Shown: in pieces, positions 1-15,758 of the stretch
Layout: each line of letters opens with the position of its first letter
Numbering within the stretch: the stretch's first letter is position 1
Source: the human T2T-CHM13v2.0 reference genome, Homo sapiens
NCBI RefSeq assembly: GCF_009914755.1
Contig: NC_060937.1
Direction: 5' to 3' (one strand)
DNA length: 64,000 bases
The notes under the pieces: generated by a model
The model's database searches: none
What the model was told of the DNA's origin: nothing
The model's input: only the letters and a program-made list of their open reading frames with translations
Made by a program: the position numbers and the translations under genes

Positions 1-559
1 TACTCCGAAAAATAAAAAGTTGGGGAAATCACATGACTAATTTTGCATTCCATTCAATCACATTTGATTATGCTGATTATATGGAAAATAAAAAGACTCT
101 CACAGGCAATAATAAGAATGCAACTAGGAAAGAAGGAGCGAGGGCAGTAACTGTAATCTATAGACATATAGAGGGGAAAAGGCAGAATAAATGACCAGCA
201 ACGATTTTTGAGTTTAAGTACATAAAATATTTATTTTTGTTGCCTTTTAATATTTTTCTGTAAAATTAAGGTGTTTGTATGTTTATTTCAAATAGAGAAA
301 GAGAAGAAATAGATTAATAATGTTTATTTTCCTGACCATTCACTCTTACTAGAATTTTAAAGACAATGGTACTCAGTAACAATGAAAGTTACCAATTTTT
401 ATTGTTTCTGACTTTAATTTGAATAAATGTAATATGTCAGCTTTTTAGGATAGATGTTAGCTATGAAACTCAGAGACAGTATTTTTTACATGTAAAGAAG
501 TTTCAATTCTTCCTTCTCTTATTAGTTTCATTAATGAATGAATCACAGATTTTACTTAA

Positions 560-1109
<550 letters not shown>

Positions 1110-3570
1110 ACAGGAGGGGCTTTGAGATGGCAGATAAGACATTTTGTACTCACTCCCTCCACTAAGAAGAAACAAAATAGTGAGTAGATAATCACACTTC
1201 AAATAGATCATCCAAGAAAGAACACTGGAATTCAAGAGAAAAGTATCAGGAAATACTTAAAGCAAGGATGGAGAATGAAGCAGGGCAGCCTGCTTGGCCA
1301 GGGTTGGCTCGAAGCCGAGATAGACTCCTTAATATGGTAAAAGTATAAGTGACATTATACTTAGTGTTCCACATTCTTTCCACGGACTCCTGTAATCCTA
1401 GCCATGGAAGAACCCCTTGACCCTCCTGGGCTCTGAAACTAACATAGGAAACTGCCAGGAGATGGTTTGATGGCACTACTCCAGGAAGGAAGGTCTCTGT
1501 GGGTCCCACAGGCTCCCTGGACTTAGGCAGGTACAGCAAATTTCCACTTTAGAGCCCTTATAACCAGAAGATTGCTCACTGTTCTGGAGCTCAGGGGTGC
1601 TGTGGCTGAGGTGCAAGAGAAATGTGGACTGTTGCCACTTGGGCTGAGGTGAGAGTGGCTACAGGCTACCACAATGAGGGCTGAGGCATGACCAAAGCAC
1701 AGGCTCCTGTACCAGGGGCTGAGGCATGACCAAGGCATGGTCTATCACCATGTGGGGTGGGGCAAGAGCACCAGGTGGGGCAAGAGCACCACTGGGAAGA
1801 ATGTGCGAGTGGTGCATGCATTCCCCAACTGTCAGCCTAGACTGCCACCACAAAAGGTGGCACCACCCTCACCAGTGGCAAGGTAGTGGCATGACTGCTG
1901 CCACTTCACATCTGAGCATTCTACAGTAGCCTGAGGTCTTTGCCTACCATGGCTGATGATGGTAGAGACTATTTAGGGGCCTGGGGACAAGCCTGCCCAG
2001 CCCAACTTTGTCTGTCCCAGCACTGCTCCATAGAACACAATCCAGGGGACAGAGGATTACCCAGCCAAGTATAAAATTAGTGTCACCTGAATACTCCTCT
2101 GCAGGAGCTGAGTTTGGGACTAGCCAGCAGGCTGCTACCATTTAGCTGACACTTGCCTGCATATGACACCTGCAGGCCTGAAGATTGGCCTTAACTGCCC
2201 ATTGCAGCCATAACCAAAGCCAGTATGCATTGCTCAGGTCCCAAAGGGTGGTCCTAGCACTGCCATTTCCATTGTCTGTCCCATGCTGTCTGACAATAAG
2301 CCCAAGAACCTGCCCACACACCTAGCCCACTGCTGCCACTACTACCATTTGACAAAGCCACCTGGAAACTCAATAATTCACCTTATTGTATCTGCTAACA
2401 TCAGTGCCCACAAATGCTGTCCTTTGGCCCAAAGACATGCCTGCTCAGCCCATTGCTGCCACTATGGGCCCCAAGGCCTGGCCTACATGGTGTCCTAACC
2501 TCCAGAAAAACTTGACCACATCATCCATTAATAACTGCACCCTTAGCCCCTGAAGTGAGTAGATACCACAAAAACCACTAAGGCTGTTTATAGCTGAAGA
2601 AATCATACAGAGGCTACAACACTGCATGCACCCAGAATCAAAGCCGAAGTGCCCTACCCAACCAAGACCACAGAAAAATCTTTGGGGAAATGCTCTCCCC
2701 ATGGAAGAAAATTCAAAAATTGAAAGAAGCAACTCTTATACAAGCTGCAAAGGTATCAACATAAGGGCACAGGAAACACAAACAAGCAAGAACATATGAT
2801 ACCTCCAAAGGAACATACTAATCCTCTAGAAACAAATCTCAATTAAAAATAAATTCATGAAACTCTTAAAAAGTATTCAAGTTATTGATTCTACAGAAGC
2901 TCAGTAAAATACATGAGATTTCTGACAAACAATACAAAGAAATCAGAAAAACTATTCAAGATATGAATGAGATATTTAGCAAAGATATAAAATAATATGA
3001 AAGAAATATTATTTTAAAAATCAAACAGAAATTTTGGAAATTAAAACCTCATGAATAAAATACAAAATACATTAAAAATCTTCAATAATAGAGTAGATTA
3101 AGCAGAAGAAATAATTCCAAAACTTGAAGAAAAGTCTTTTGAAATAACCCAATCAAACAAAAATAAATTTAAAAAAATAAAAATAAATGAACAAAGTCTT
3201 CATGATATATGGCACACTATGCAGCAACCAAATATACAAATTATGTGTCCCAGAAGGCAAAGAAAGAACTAAAGTTTCAAAAATCTAATAATAATTAAAA
3301 ACTTCCCAAGTTTAGCAGGAGATTTAGACATCTAAATACAGGAGGCTCTGAGATTCTCATCTAATTACAGGAGGCTCTGACATTAAACACCATGAAAAAA
3401 TACAAAAGTATACAACTCACTTGTAAAGCAAACATACAAATAAGAAAAAGAAAACCTCAGTGATACCAGAACAGAAAACCACCAAACCACAACGACAAAT
3501 AATAAGAGAGAAGAAAAGAATAAAGAATACACAAAACAACCAGAAAACAATTAACAATAAAACACAAATA

Positions 3571-3896
<326 letters not shown>

Positions 3897-4662
3897 TTAC
3901 TTATCAATAGTAATCTTAAATGTAAATTAATTAAAATATATACTTAAAAGATATAGACTGGCCGAATAGATAAAACAAAACAAACCAAAGACAAAACAAG
4001 ACTCAATTATATGTTGCCTAAAAGAAACATCCTTTACCTGTAAAGAGGCAAATAGATTGAAAGTAAAGGGATAGAAAGAGATATTCCACACAAATAGAAA
4101 CTAAGCAAGCAAGAATAGCTATATTTATATCACATATAAGAAACTTTACTTCAAAAGCCATTTTAAAAAGACAAAGAAATTCATTATATAATGATAAAGG
4201 CATCAATGCAGCAATGGAATATAACAATTATAAATATATATGCACTCAACACTAGAGCACCCAGATTCACAAAGCAAACATTACTAGATCTAAAGAAAGA
4301 TATAGACTTCAATAACATATTAGTGGGGAACTGTAACACCATACTTTCAGCATTAGGCAGATCACCAATACAGAAAATCAAGAAAGAATATTGCATTTAA
4401 ATAGAACTCTAGACTAAATAGACCCAATAGACATTTACAGAACATTTTATCCAACACCTTGAGAATACACATTCTTCGCATTAGCATATAGAGCCTTCTC
4501 TGGGACAGAGCTTATGTTAGGTCACACACACAAAAAAAAACTCAGCACTTTAAAAAAAATAGAAATCATATCAAGTATCTACTCAGGCCACAATGGAGTA
4601 AAACTAGAAACTTATACCAGGAGGAAATTTGAAAATTATACAAATATATAAAAATTAATAAA

Positions 4663-4975
4663 GGCCTGGTGCGGTGGCTCACGCCTGTAATTCCAACATG
4701 TTGGGAGGCCGAGAAAGGCAGATCACCTAAGGTCGGGGGTTCGAGACCGGCCTGACCAATATGGAGAAACTCCATCTCTACTAAAAACACACACACAAAA
4801 AAAACTGAGCAGGGCATTGTCTCACATGCCTGTAATCCCAGCTACTCAGAAGGCTGAGGCAGGAGAATTGCTTGAACTCAGGAGGCAGAGGTTGCGTTGA
4901 GCCGAGATCACACCATTGCACTCCAGCCTGGGCAACAAGAGTGAAACTCCATCTCAAAAAAATAAAAATAAAAAA
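4663..4975 (+). mobile_element. AluSp SINE inside the L1, with (CA)n in the middle A-rich linker
   Basis: Sp-type diagnostics ggtcggg, cctgaccaatatggagaaac, ccattgcactccagcctgggcaacaagagtgaaact. Confidence 0.9.
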
Positions 4976-7777
4976 CAAATTTCTGCTGTACCCCATTGTG
5001 TCAATGAAGAAACTAGGATGGAAATTAAAAACAAAATTCTTGAAACTAATGAAAATGAAAGGAAAATATAACAAAACTTTTTTGAGACAAAAAGCAGTAC
5101 TAAAATGGAAGTGTATAGCAATAGCCACCACATCAAAAAAGTAGGAAGATTTCAAATATAAAAATCTAATGATATAACTCAAGGAATTAGAAAAGCAAAG
5201 ATAAACCAAACCCAAAATTAGCAGACAAAGATAAATATTAAAGGTCAGAATAGAGATAAACAAAATGCAGGCCAAAATAATAATAATAATAATACAAAAG
5301 AACAAGGAAATGAAAAGTTGCTTCTTAAAAAAGACAAATAAAATTAATAAATGGCTAGACAAACTAACCAATAAAGAGGAGCAACAACCCAAAATAAGCC
5401 AAATCAGAAATGAAAAAGGAAATACTACAACTGATACCACAAAAATACAAAGGATTAACTGAGACTACTATGAACAACTATACCCTAACAAACTTGAAAA
5501 CCTAGAGGAAAGAGATAAATTCTTGGAAGCATATAACCCACCAAAAGTGAGTCAGGAAGAAATAGAAAAAAACAAACAAACAAAACAAACAAAAAACAAA
5601 AAGAGACTAATAATGAGTAGTGACATTGAATCAGAATTAAAAATACATCTTCCAACAACAATAAAAAAAACCCAGGCCCAGATGGATTCACTGCCAAATT
5701 CTACCAAATGTAGAAAGATGAACTAATATCAACCCTCCTAAAAATTATTTCAAAAAATTTCACTCTAACTCATTCTGTGAGTGACAAACAACAAGATAAT
5801 TTGCTATCAGCATTACTTGGAGAGCAAAACCAGACAAGGACACACCACAAAAAGAAAACTACAGACTGATATCCTTGATCAACATACATACAAAACTCCT
5901 CAGCAAAACACTAGCAAACTAAATATATCACATTGAAAAGAACACACCATGATCAAGTGGGATTTTTCCCCAAGGATGCAAGGATGGTTCAACACACACA
6001 CATGAATAATAGTGACACTCACATCAACAGAATGAAGGACAAAAATCTATATTATTTTCCCAACAGATGAAGAAAAAGCATTGACAAAATCCAACCATCC
6101 TTTTATGATAAAAGCTCTCTAAGACTAGGAATAGTAGAATCATATATGCAAATAATAATGGTCATTTATGACAAACCAACAGCTAACATCATATTAAATG
6201 GACAAAATGGAAAGCCTTTCCTCTAAAAACTTGAACAAGACACGGATGCTCACTTTAAACACATCCATTCAGCATAGTACTGGAAGTTCTAGCTAGACCA
6301 ACTAAGTGAGAGAAAGAAATGAACGGCATCTAAATTGGAAAAGAGAATGTCAAATTGTCCCTCTTTGCCAATGACACGTTCTTATGTTTAGAAACATCAA
6401 AATACTCCACCAGAAAATTATTAGAACTGATAAATATTTAATAACATCGCAGGATACCAAATCAGCATAGAAAAATCAGTAGCATTTCTATAAACCAGTA
6501 ATAAAATAGCTGAAAAATATCAAGAAGATAATTCTGTTTACAATAGCTACACCTAGGAATATATTTAATCAAAGAGTGAAAGATCTCCATAAGGAAAACT
6601 GCAAAGCACTGATAAATTGAAGAGGACACAATCAAATGGAAAGAAATCCCATATTCATGAATCTAAAAAACCAGTATTGTCAAGATGACCATACTATCTA
6701 AAGCAATATACAGATTCAATGCATTCCCTATAAATATATGTACATCATTTTTCACAGAAATAGGGTAAAAAATCTTAAAGTTAATATGGAACATAAAAGT
6801 GCCTAGAAAATGCAATCCTGAGAGGGAAAGAAATAAAGCTGGAGACATCACACTATCTGACTTCAAAACATATTAAAAGGCTGCAGCAAATGAAGTATGG
6901 TATTGTTATAAAAATAGATATTTAGACCAATGGAATAGAATAGAGAACCCATAAATAGATCCTTACATCTACAGTGAACTAATTTTCTACTAAGATGCCA
7001 AGAACATACGCTGGGGAAAGGGCAATCCCTTCAGTAAATGGTGCTGAGAAAACTGGATATCTATATGCAGAAGAGTCAAGGTGGACTACATTACTCATTA
7101 TGTACAAAAGTCAAAGCAAGAAGGATTAAACATAAGACCCCAAATATAAAAATATTAGAAAAAAACAGAAGCAAAACTATTCAGGACATTGGGCTTGGCA
7201 AACAATTCATGGCTAAGACTCCAAAAGTACAGGCAATAACAACAAAAATAGACAAACGTAATGTTATTAAAGCAGAAAACTTCTGCACAGGAATAGAAAC
7301 TATTGAAAGAGTGAGAAGACAATCTCTTAAATAGGAGAAAATACTTGAAGTCTATTCATCCAAGAGGAAACTAATATCCAGAATATACCAGGAACACAAA
7401 CATCTCAAAAAAACAACAAAATCAATCCCACTGAAAATGGGCAAAAGACATGAATAGACAGTTCTCAAAAGAAGATACATGAATGGCCAACAGGTATATG
7501 AAAAAATGCCCAACATCATCTATCAGGAAATGTAATTCAAAACCACAATGAGATAACATCTCATCCCATTTAGAATGGTCATTATTTTTTTAAAAATAAG
7601 TAAAATAACAGACGCTAGCAAGGATGTGGAGAAAAGGGAACTCTTATACACTGTTGGTGGGAATGTAAATTAGTACAACCACTATGGAAACAGCATGGAG
7701 ACTTCTCAAAAAATGAAAAATGGAACTATTACATGATCCTGCAATCTATTTGGTATCTATTAAAAAAAATCATGATA

Positions 7778-8228
7778 TGCCCAGTCTGTCCTGCAGACCC
7801 TGGTCAACAGATGAAATGAGCACTCAGACACAGGTATGCAGTGTAAGAGCAGCTAGGTGACTGCCTGGCTGTAGTGGCCAGAGAGCAGCTCCAAGAAGGT
7901 GGAGCTGCTTGCTTTTATTCAGTGCAGGCACAATGCCAAAAACCTGGAGCCAACACAACCTGTAGGTAATTAACATTTATTGTTCCCCTTTCAGGGAATG
8001 TCACACACAGATGATCAAAGTCAGTTCCTGGTCAACACAAGTAAACAAGCTTGTTTAAGACAAATTCCCCCACACTCCCTTGTATCTACTACTTGCCCTC
8101 TGCCTCAGGGTTATAGAACAGCTGCCTTCAGCTATTCTTTCTCAGGGTTCTGCAGAACCTTCCGACCTTTCAGAAGGTATGTGTCCTTTCCCTACAGTTT
8201 TTCCCACCACTCTGACTGATCCCCCACA
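7778..8228 (-). mobile_element. Solo LTR, LTR22-like (HERV-K HML-5 group), inserted in L1 ORF2
   Basis: 451 bp with TG...CA ends. Minus strand starts tgtgggggatcagtcagagtggtgggaaaaact and contains AATAAA. Flanks atgata (7772-7777) and aggata (8229-8234); the L1 resumes after it. Confidence 0.75.
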
Positions 8229-10089
8229 AGGATATCAAAGGGATATCTGCATTTCCATGTTTATCACAGCACTATTCATAATAGCAAAGATAAGGAGTCA
8301 ATCTGAGTGTTCATCAATAGATGAATGGATAAAGAAAGCATGCTATACACACACACATACAATTTAATAGTATTTCACCATAAACAAAGTAAGAAATTCT
8401 GTCATTTGTAGCAACATAGATGAAATTGAAGGTTATTACATTAAGCAAAACAAGCAAGGCACAGAAAGACAAATATTGCATGTTTTCACTTATATGTGGG
8501 AGCTAAAAAATTTGATGTCATTACAGTAGAGTAAAATGATAAATACTAGATGTTGGGAAAAGATGCAGGGAAGTAGGGATAAAGAGAGGTTGGTTAATGG
8601 GTACAAACACAGATAAAAGGTTTAAGTTCTATTGTTTGAAAGCAGAGTAGAGTGAATATAATTGACAACAATGTACTGTATATATCAAAGCAACTAGAAG
8701 AGGGGACATGTATTGCTTCCAACACATAGAAATGATAAATACTCAAAGTTATAAATATCTCAAATACCTCGAACTGATTGTTCTATGCATGTAACAAAAT
8801 ATCATATGTATTCCATAAATATATAAAACATTATGTGCCATTAATAAATAATGAAAACAAATACACTGGTGTATGTTGTCTCTATTCTCTGCTTTTAGCA
8901 GATTAAATTACAGAATAATTATTTTATATGCATAAGACAAAAAATTATTATTTTCTGTTAAATTTTTGTCTGATTTCTTTTGTTGTCCTTAATATAATCA
9001 GGTTCATAGAGGTTGCATAATTTTGGTATAAAACTGTACATACAATCCACAATTCATGCATAATATTAGTAGAAAACAAAATATTGGCGTAAATAATTCA
9101 TCTGTAGAGTAGATGAACTCTGCAGAAAATCACCACTTCACTTAACCATATTAATAATGTATTAGGAAATAAAATTAATTACTGACTTTTGAAATTATGA
9201 TTACTTTGTGGAATAAACAAACAAAAACAGGATTTATAGAATACTAAAAAAATATCAAAATAAGATTCAAACATGTATCAAGATATTTAAAAAATTTTGT
9301 TTATGTAGGAATATTTCCCTTTTGATATTTTACACTGCCTTATATAAACTAAACTTCTATATCAATAATTTAGAGCATTTTTTTCTAATTTAAATGTTTT
9401 AAAAGCAACATTTCAATTTTTAGACATATTTATCTAAGCTATGCAAGATAACTGGCCGATTTCTTCCCTAAAAGTAAAAAATCATGATTTTTAAATTTTT
9501 ATCCATTTTCAAATATTAAGTCTGGAAAGTATTTTTAGACTTCATATTTATTTTAAATATTTCTTACATGTATAATATCATGCCTAGATCTACAGAAAAT
9601 ATTTAATAATTATATTTATGAGGGGCTACTTAATAATAAAACATACTGGTTCTAATAAATTTGTATTATATATTTTTGAACATTCTGAAAGTGTATTTAT
9701 ATTTTTAGCAAAAAATATTTTCTTTCCAAATTTTTATTATCTAGTAATATTTATTTGCCAATTAAATTCATCAGAACCTTCACACAAAAATATTAGATAG
9801 TAGTGAGAAATAGATATTCTTTTATTTCTTCAGTTTATTCAAGTGAGTCTTCTCAAGACATCCATGAATTACAAGCACACATTATTGATAACTGCATGTA
9901 TTTTGTGTGAAGGGATTAGCTAATATTTATATAGCAGTTTAAAATATTTTATTCAAACATTCCATATATAATACATCATATAAATATTTCATCATAAGTT
10001 GTTTTATGAAATAATGGTATCTCTATTTTAGATGTGTTAAAATCAAGATATAGAGAATTTATGTAACTAACTTGCCATTGTACCACATA

Positions 10090-10197
10090 TTTTGTATGTG
10101 TATATGTATTTATGTGTATTTGTATATATGTATACTTACATACACATACGTTTTTTATATATGTGTATAAACTCATATGTGTATATTTATATATATG
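10090..10197. repeat. Degenerate (TA/TG/CA)n simple repeat
   Basis: gtatgtgtatatgtatttatgtgtat...tatatatatg. Confidence 0.8.
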
Positions 10198-10548
10198 AAG
10201 AATTATGTGGTCTCTATGTCTTCGTTGAAGTTAATGAACAATTTTCTAAGTAGCAATGAAAATAGAGCATAATTGGAATAGTTTCAACATTTAATGGGAG
10301 ATGAGACATGAAGACAAGTAGTTCAAATCACTTGTGGATTATGAGAAGGAAGAGAGCAGAAAACAAAACATAACATTTTTTAATTTATAAAATAACACTT
10401 CCTTAGTAAAATCTTATCAAAATATTTTCAGCAATATTGTTATTTTTTCAGTGTATATCAGGAATAATATATTTTGGTTAACTGTATTTTATTCTAGGAA
10501 TTCCACAATGGTCTTCTTTATGATTGACTTAAGAATATACACGTATAT

Positions 10549-10673
10549 ATTAATTCATTAAAATTATTAAAATAATTTTAATAATTTTAATTTAAAATTT
10601 TTATTTTTTAAATTTAAAATTAAAATAATTAAAATTAAAATTAAAATTATTTTAATAATTTTAATGAATTAAT
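10549..10673. repeat. AT-rich inverted repeat with 34-bp perfect arms
   Basis: 10549-10582 is the exact reverse complement of 10640-10673. Confidence 0.9.
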
Positions 10674-11499
10674 CTGATTAAATACTTTTTTGAATCTCCT
10701 CTAATTTGCTTGTGTAAACATACCCAAAATTCTATCTCAAATTTTCTCCTATCTACTGAATTCAAGAGATAACCCTCTATTCAGAAACAAGACAAATATA
10801 CCTGCTTTTATATCATGACTTGAACATTGTCTGGGAAATTTACTTATGACAATAAAAAAATATTAAAAGGAGGGTATATGAACACTTTTTCTATGTATTA
10901 CTATTATTAGCTAACAACAGCACAAAAAATAAAAAATATAACACTTTGGAAGAAATACTAGAAGTATAGATTGGTACAAAGGTTATGCAGAGCCATTAAG
11001 CAATTGCTATCAGAATTTTAAATAAAGGTTACTTTTAACTGAACATTTCTAATTTTAGTGTATAAATGTATATTTGTGTCTGTATTAGTTTGGAAGCTGA
11101 ATAAAAAGAAGCAATGAAAATTTTTATTTTTCTGATATGAAATAATGAAAACCATAACTAAAGAAATATACTAAGTATGGAAGAAATTTAATGTATTTAT
11201 AAAATATTTAGGAGGTAGAATCAAAAATATTTCTTGACTGTTTTAATGTGAATAGTGCATAGAAGATGCACCTTTACATTTCTTTGGGGTTCCTTTTTAT
11301 GGTGACTGGCAATAGGAAATGTTTATGGTAAAATATGGAATGTATACAGTAGAATATATTTTTCAAGGATTATAATGAGTTTAGATTTGGATTAGTTTTA
11401 TGTGTAATGCTCAGGGCACAACTATTTGCAGATATGTAGGGCACAATCAAGGAAAAATATTGTAAACCAAGCAAACAAATAAATAAACTATTAAAATAT

Positions 11500-11605
11500 G
11501 TTTCAAGCTAGAGGTCAGGATAAAGATTTATCCTAAGGTTATAGATTTGGGCATCAGCATCATATAGATGGTTATTGAAGTCATGACTACAAATGAGGGC
11601 ACCAA
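11500..11605 (-). mobile_element. L2 fragment
   Basis: tatagatttgggcatcagcatcatatagatggttattgaagtcatg resembles antisense L2. Confidence 0.55.
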
Positions 11606-13359
11606 TCTGCATAACTTTGTAATTTTCTGCAGTAAGCTGAACAGTCAAGGTGTAGGAGTAAAGAAGTCAAATATTTATGTGTGATTTATAGCTACATCTT
11701 GACTGCATACAATACCTGAATCTTAAGAGCAGTCTTCCTTTGGACATCAAACATACATTTCACTAAACTAGGTTAATGAGTTTTCAGTTTATTAGTTACA
11801 TCCTGCCTAAATTAAAACTCACATTCACTCACATAGATTCACACACAGAATGTGCTACTTTCATTTTTTAATAGAATAAAATGATATTGGAAATGACTCT
11901 AGTATATTATTATTTGTTAAGCAATGCCACTTTTAGCAGTGTAAATCTCTTTTGTATTTAAGAATGATAATCATTTGTGGTTAAGGATTATGTTTTACAC
12001 AGACAAAGCAGAATAGCAGGCTCTTATAGTCCATCAAATCCTTGCTGAGTCACATGAACATTTAGAAGAATTTTGTGAATTTAGACATTGCTGAATAGAT
12101 AATATTTTATTGCCCTCCGTGGATTCCAATTTTCTCTAATATATCAAAAGCAGGTGAAAACTATGCGAAGCATTATGAAGAATCCTATATGCCAGGAATA
12201 ATTCAAATGTCAGGGACCAGACTGGTAATTTAAAATTTGTAGTGGCAAATATAATACTAATGTGAGTTTTGGGCATTCTGTCAGAAAAGAAGAACTCCAC
12301 CTAGAGGTGGTAAAATGGATTTTATTTGAGAAAGGGTGTGGGGGATGTTGGGGGGAGAGGAGAGGAGGGAGGGGAAGAAAGAGGGGATGAGGAGAAGAGT
12401 TATTTCTGTCCAAAACAGCTTGCTCTCAATTGAATCTTGCTGACTCTTTTCTAATAAAAATAAAATAAAAAAGATATAAAGAGATGGATATTGAATTGTG
12501 ATAATTTTTCTTTGAGAAATGTATTTCTAAAAGTTTTGGTCAAGTAGAATCAGAACAAATTGAATAAATTTAAATTTTTTAATTCAACAGTGGTGCTATT
12601 ATATGCACTGCATTTTACAAAGACTGAGATCCAATCACAAACATTTCTGACATGATGTAACTGGAAAGCCAAACTGTAATGGGATATGAAAATTCAAGAT
12701 ATAAGTGATTTGAAGGGGAAAATACAGTGTGCCATAGGAACTTATAGAAAAATCAAAACATCTATTTCAGCCAAAGATGCTCAAGGAAAGCTTTCCAAAT
12801 TAAGTAATATTTCATTTCTGATCTGGTAGATAAAGAAAATCAAGCTAGGCAAATCCAGTAGACAAGGAAAATTAAGAAAAGGAAAACAGTATGAGTATTG
12901 CCTATATTCAGAAGACTATACCGTATTCTGGAAAATTAAAGGAGTTTCAAATAATTAGAACGTAATGTTTGGAATCTGGAGCAGTATTGGCAAAGTATAG
13001 ACTGGAGAGGTGATCAGGACCTGTTGATGAAGGACTCAGGAAGCCTGGAAAAGGCATTTGGGCTCTACCCTGAAGTCAAAGGATTATCTTTTAAGAAGGC
13101 TGAGCATAAATTGATTTGCGTGCTAGAAATATTATTATGGTGACTTTATAAATAATAATTTGGTGGGGTGCAGGTATACTTGCAAGGTATATAATAGCTA
13201 TACGTTCAAGCAACAATGAGAAGAAGGCTGTTGCAAGAAGTCAGGTGGTGGATAATGGTGGCCAGAACTTGAGTAATAACAGTGAGGATGGAGTGAAAAA
13301 CAAGGATAAATTTGAGAGGTATATTTTGAAAGCCAAATTCATGGTATATAGAGGTTGAT

Positions 13360-14242
<883 letters not shown>

Positions 14243-15758
14243 TTTCAATAGTAAGAATAGTTGTAGTATGATAAATACTCAGGAGACAAGAATGATCTCC
14301 AGGTTCCTGATATTTACTGCCAGGAGAACGACAGTTTATTCATTACAATTGCAGGAAAATAAATTAGAAAAGCTTTGAAGGAGTAACAAAGTGTTAGTAG
14401 GAGAAAAAAAAATCAAACCCAAACCAAAGTTGCAAAAAGATAGGAAGGTAACATTTCCAAGGTAAATCCCTCCTTCAGCATGTGAAATATAAAACGTCTG
14501 TCTCTTTCCTCAAGGAAAATAAAGTTAAAAAATAATAATACCCAACAAAACATACATTTAATATTTCAAGATACATTATTTGAAATGTATTGAAAATGTT
14601 TCCTTGGAGTTAGAAGAAATTGTATTTTTTCATGAATTGCAATAAACATATATTTGGAATTCATCGCCATAAATAAAGTTTACATCGGCATTTTTACTTT
14701 TTAAGTTATTTAGTTTTTAAGGACACTATAGGGGTTACATTGATTTTTCAAGTTTTTATAAAAATGCAATAATCAAATTGTTTATTTGGAAAGAAATGAA
14801 TATTCAAATTTAATAATGTTTATATTTTTAAACATTAGAATGTTTTAAAAAGGGTCAATATAATTCAACTTTGCTTATAAAATTCAAAATATTTCTGATA
14901 TCTAGTCTTAATTACACAGACTAATCTATTTTTTCTAAATTTGTATTTGACTTCTTTTAGGTATATTGAGGAATACAAATGAGTTTCTGAAACATATACT
15001 AAAATGGCAAGAACAGAAGAAGAACAATATAATTTGTTGATCTATTTTTTGTTTTTGTTTTGATGATTCTATAGGTAATAAATTAGGAAATAACTCAGTG
15101 GCAAAATGTGTATTTTAGATTATAAACATGATAAAATCTACTGAAGAATATATTTTAAAATAACAATATTGACAAGTATAACTAATTTATATATTTATTG
15201 AATTATTTGGGCTTGAAGTCAAAGAATACTTTATCTGAGCTACGTTAAGTAATAAGAATATTTATTAGATCACCAAAGATCAATCTGGAGCTTTAATGTG
15301 ATTATCGAAATTCAAAAATGTTATCAAGGACCAATTATTCTTTTTGCTGCAATTTTTACAGATATGCAAAACTTGAGGTTGATTACTGTTAAAGTTTTAG
15401 TTTTAGAATTCCAGAGAGTAGAAGTTGTGGCTAAATATTTCCTATACACAATGAACATGAAAAAGCCCATCTTGTTTTCCATTAATATCTTTAAAGAACA
15501 TGAATATTGTCCTTCCATCCTTCTATTCCTCTGTTCATTTCTTTTACTGTTTTTCATTCTTCTGTATTAAAATAAATTTTTTTACAGTTTTGATTTTTAT
15601 GGGAGGATGGACTTTCTTTTCAGACGATTAAACTCTGTTTTTTATGAGCTGATTATTTGCATGGATACATCTGTCCATGAGACTGAAGAATCCCAGATTT
15701 CCAGATCAACCAAGATATTTGTTCTTGGTGAGGGAGGGGTGAATAAGTGTATTTTTTA

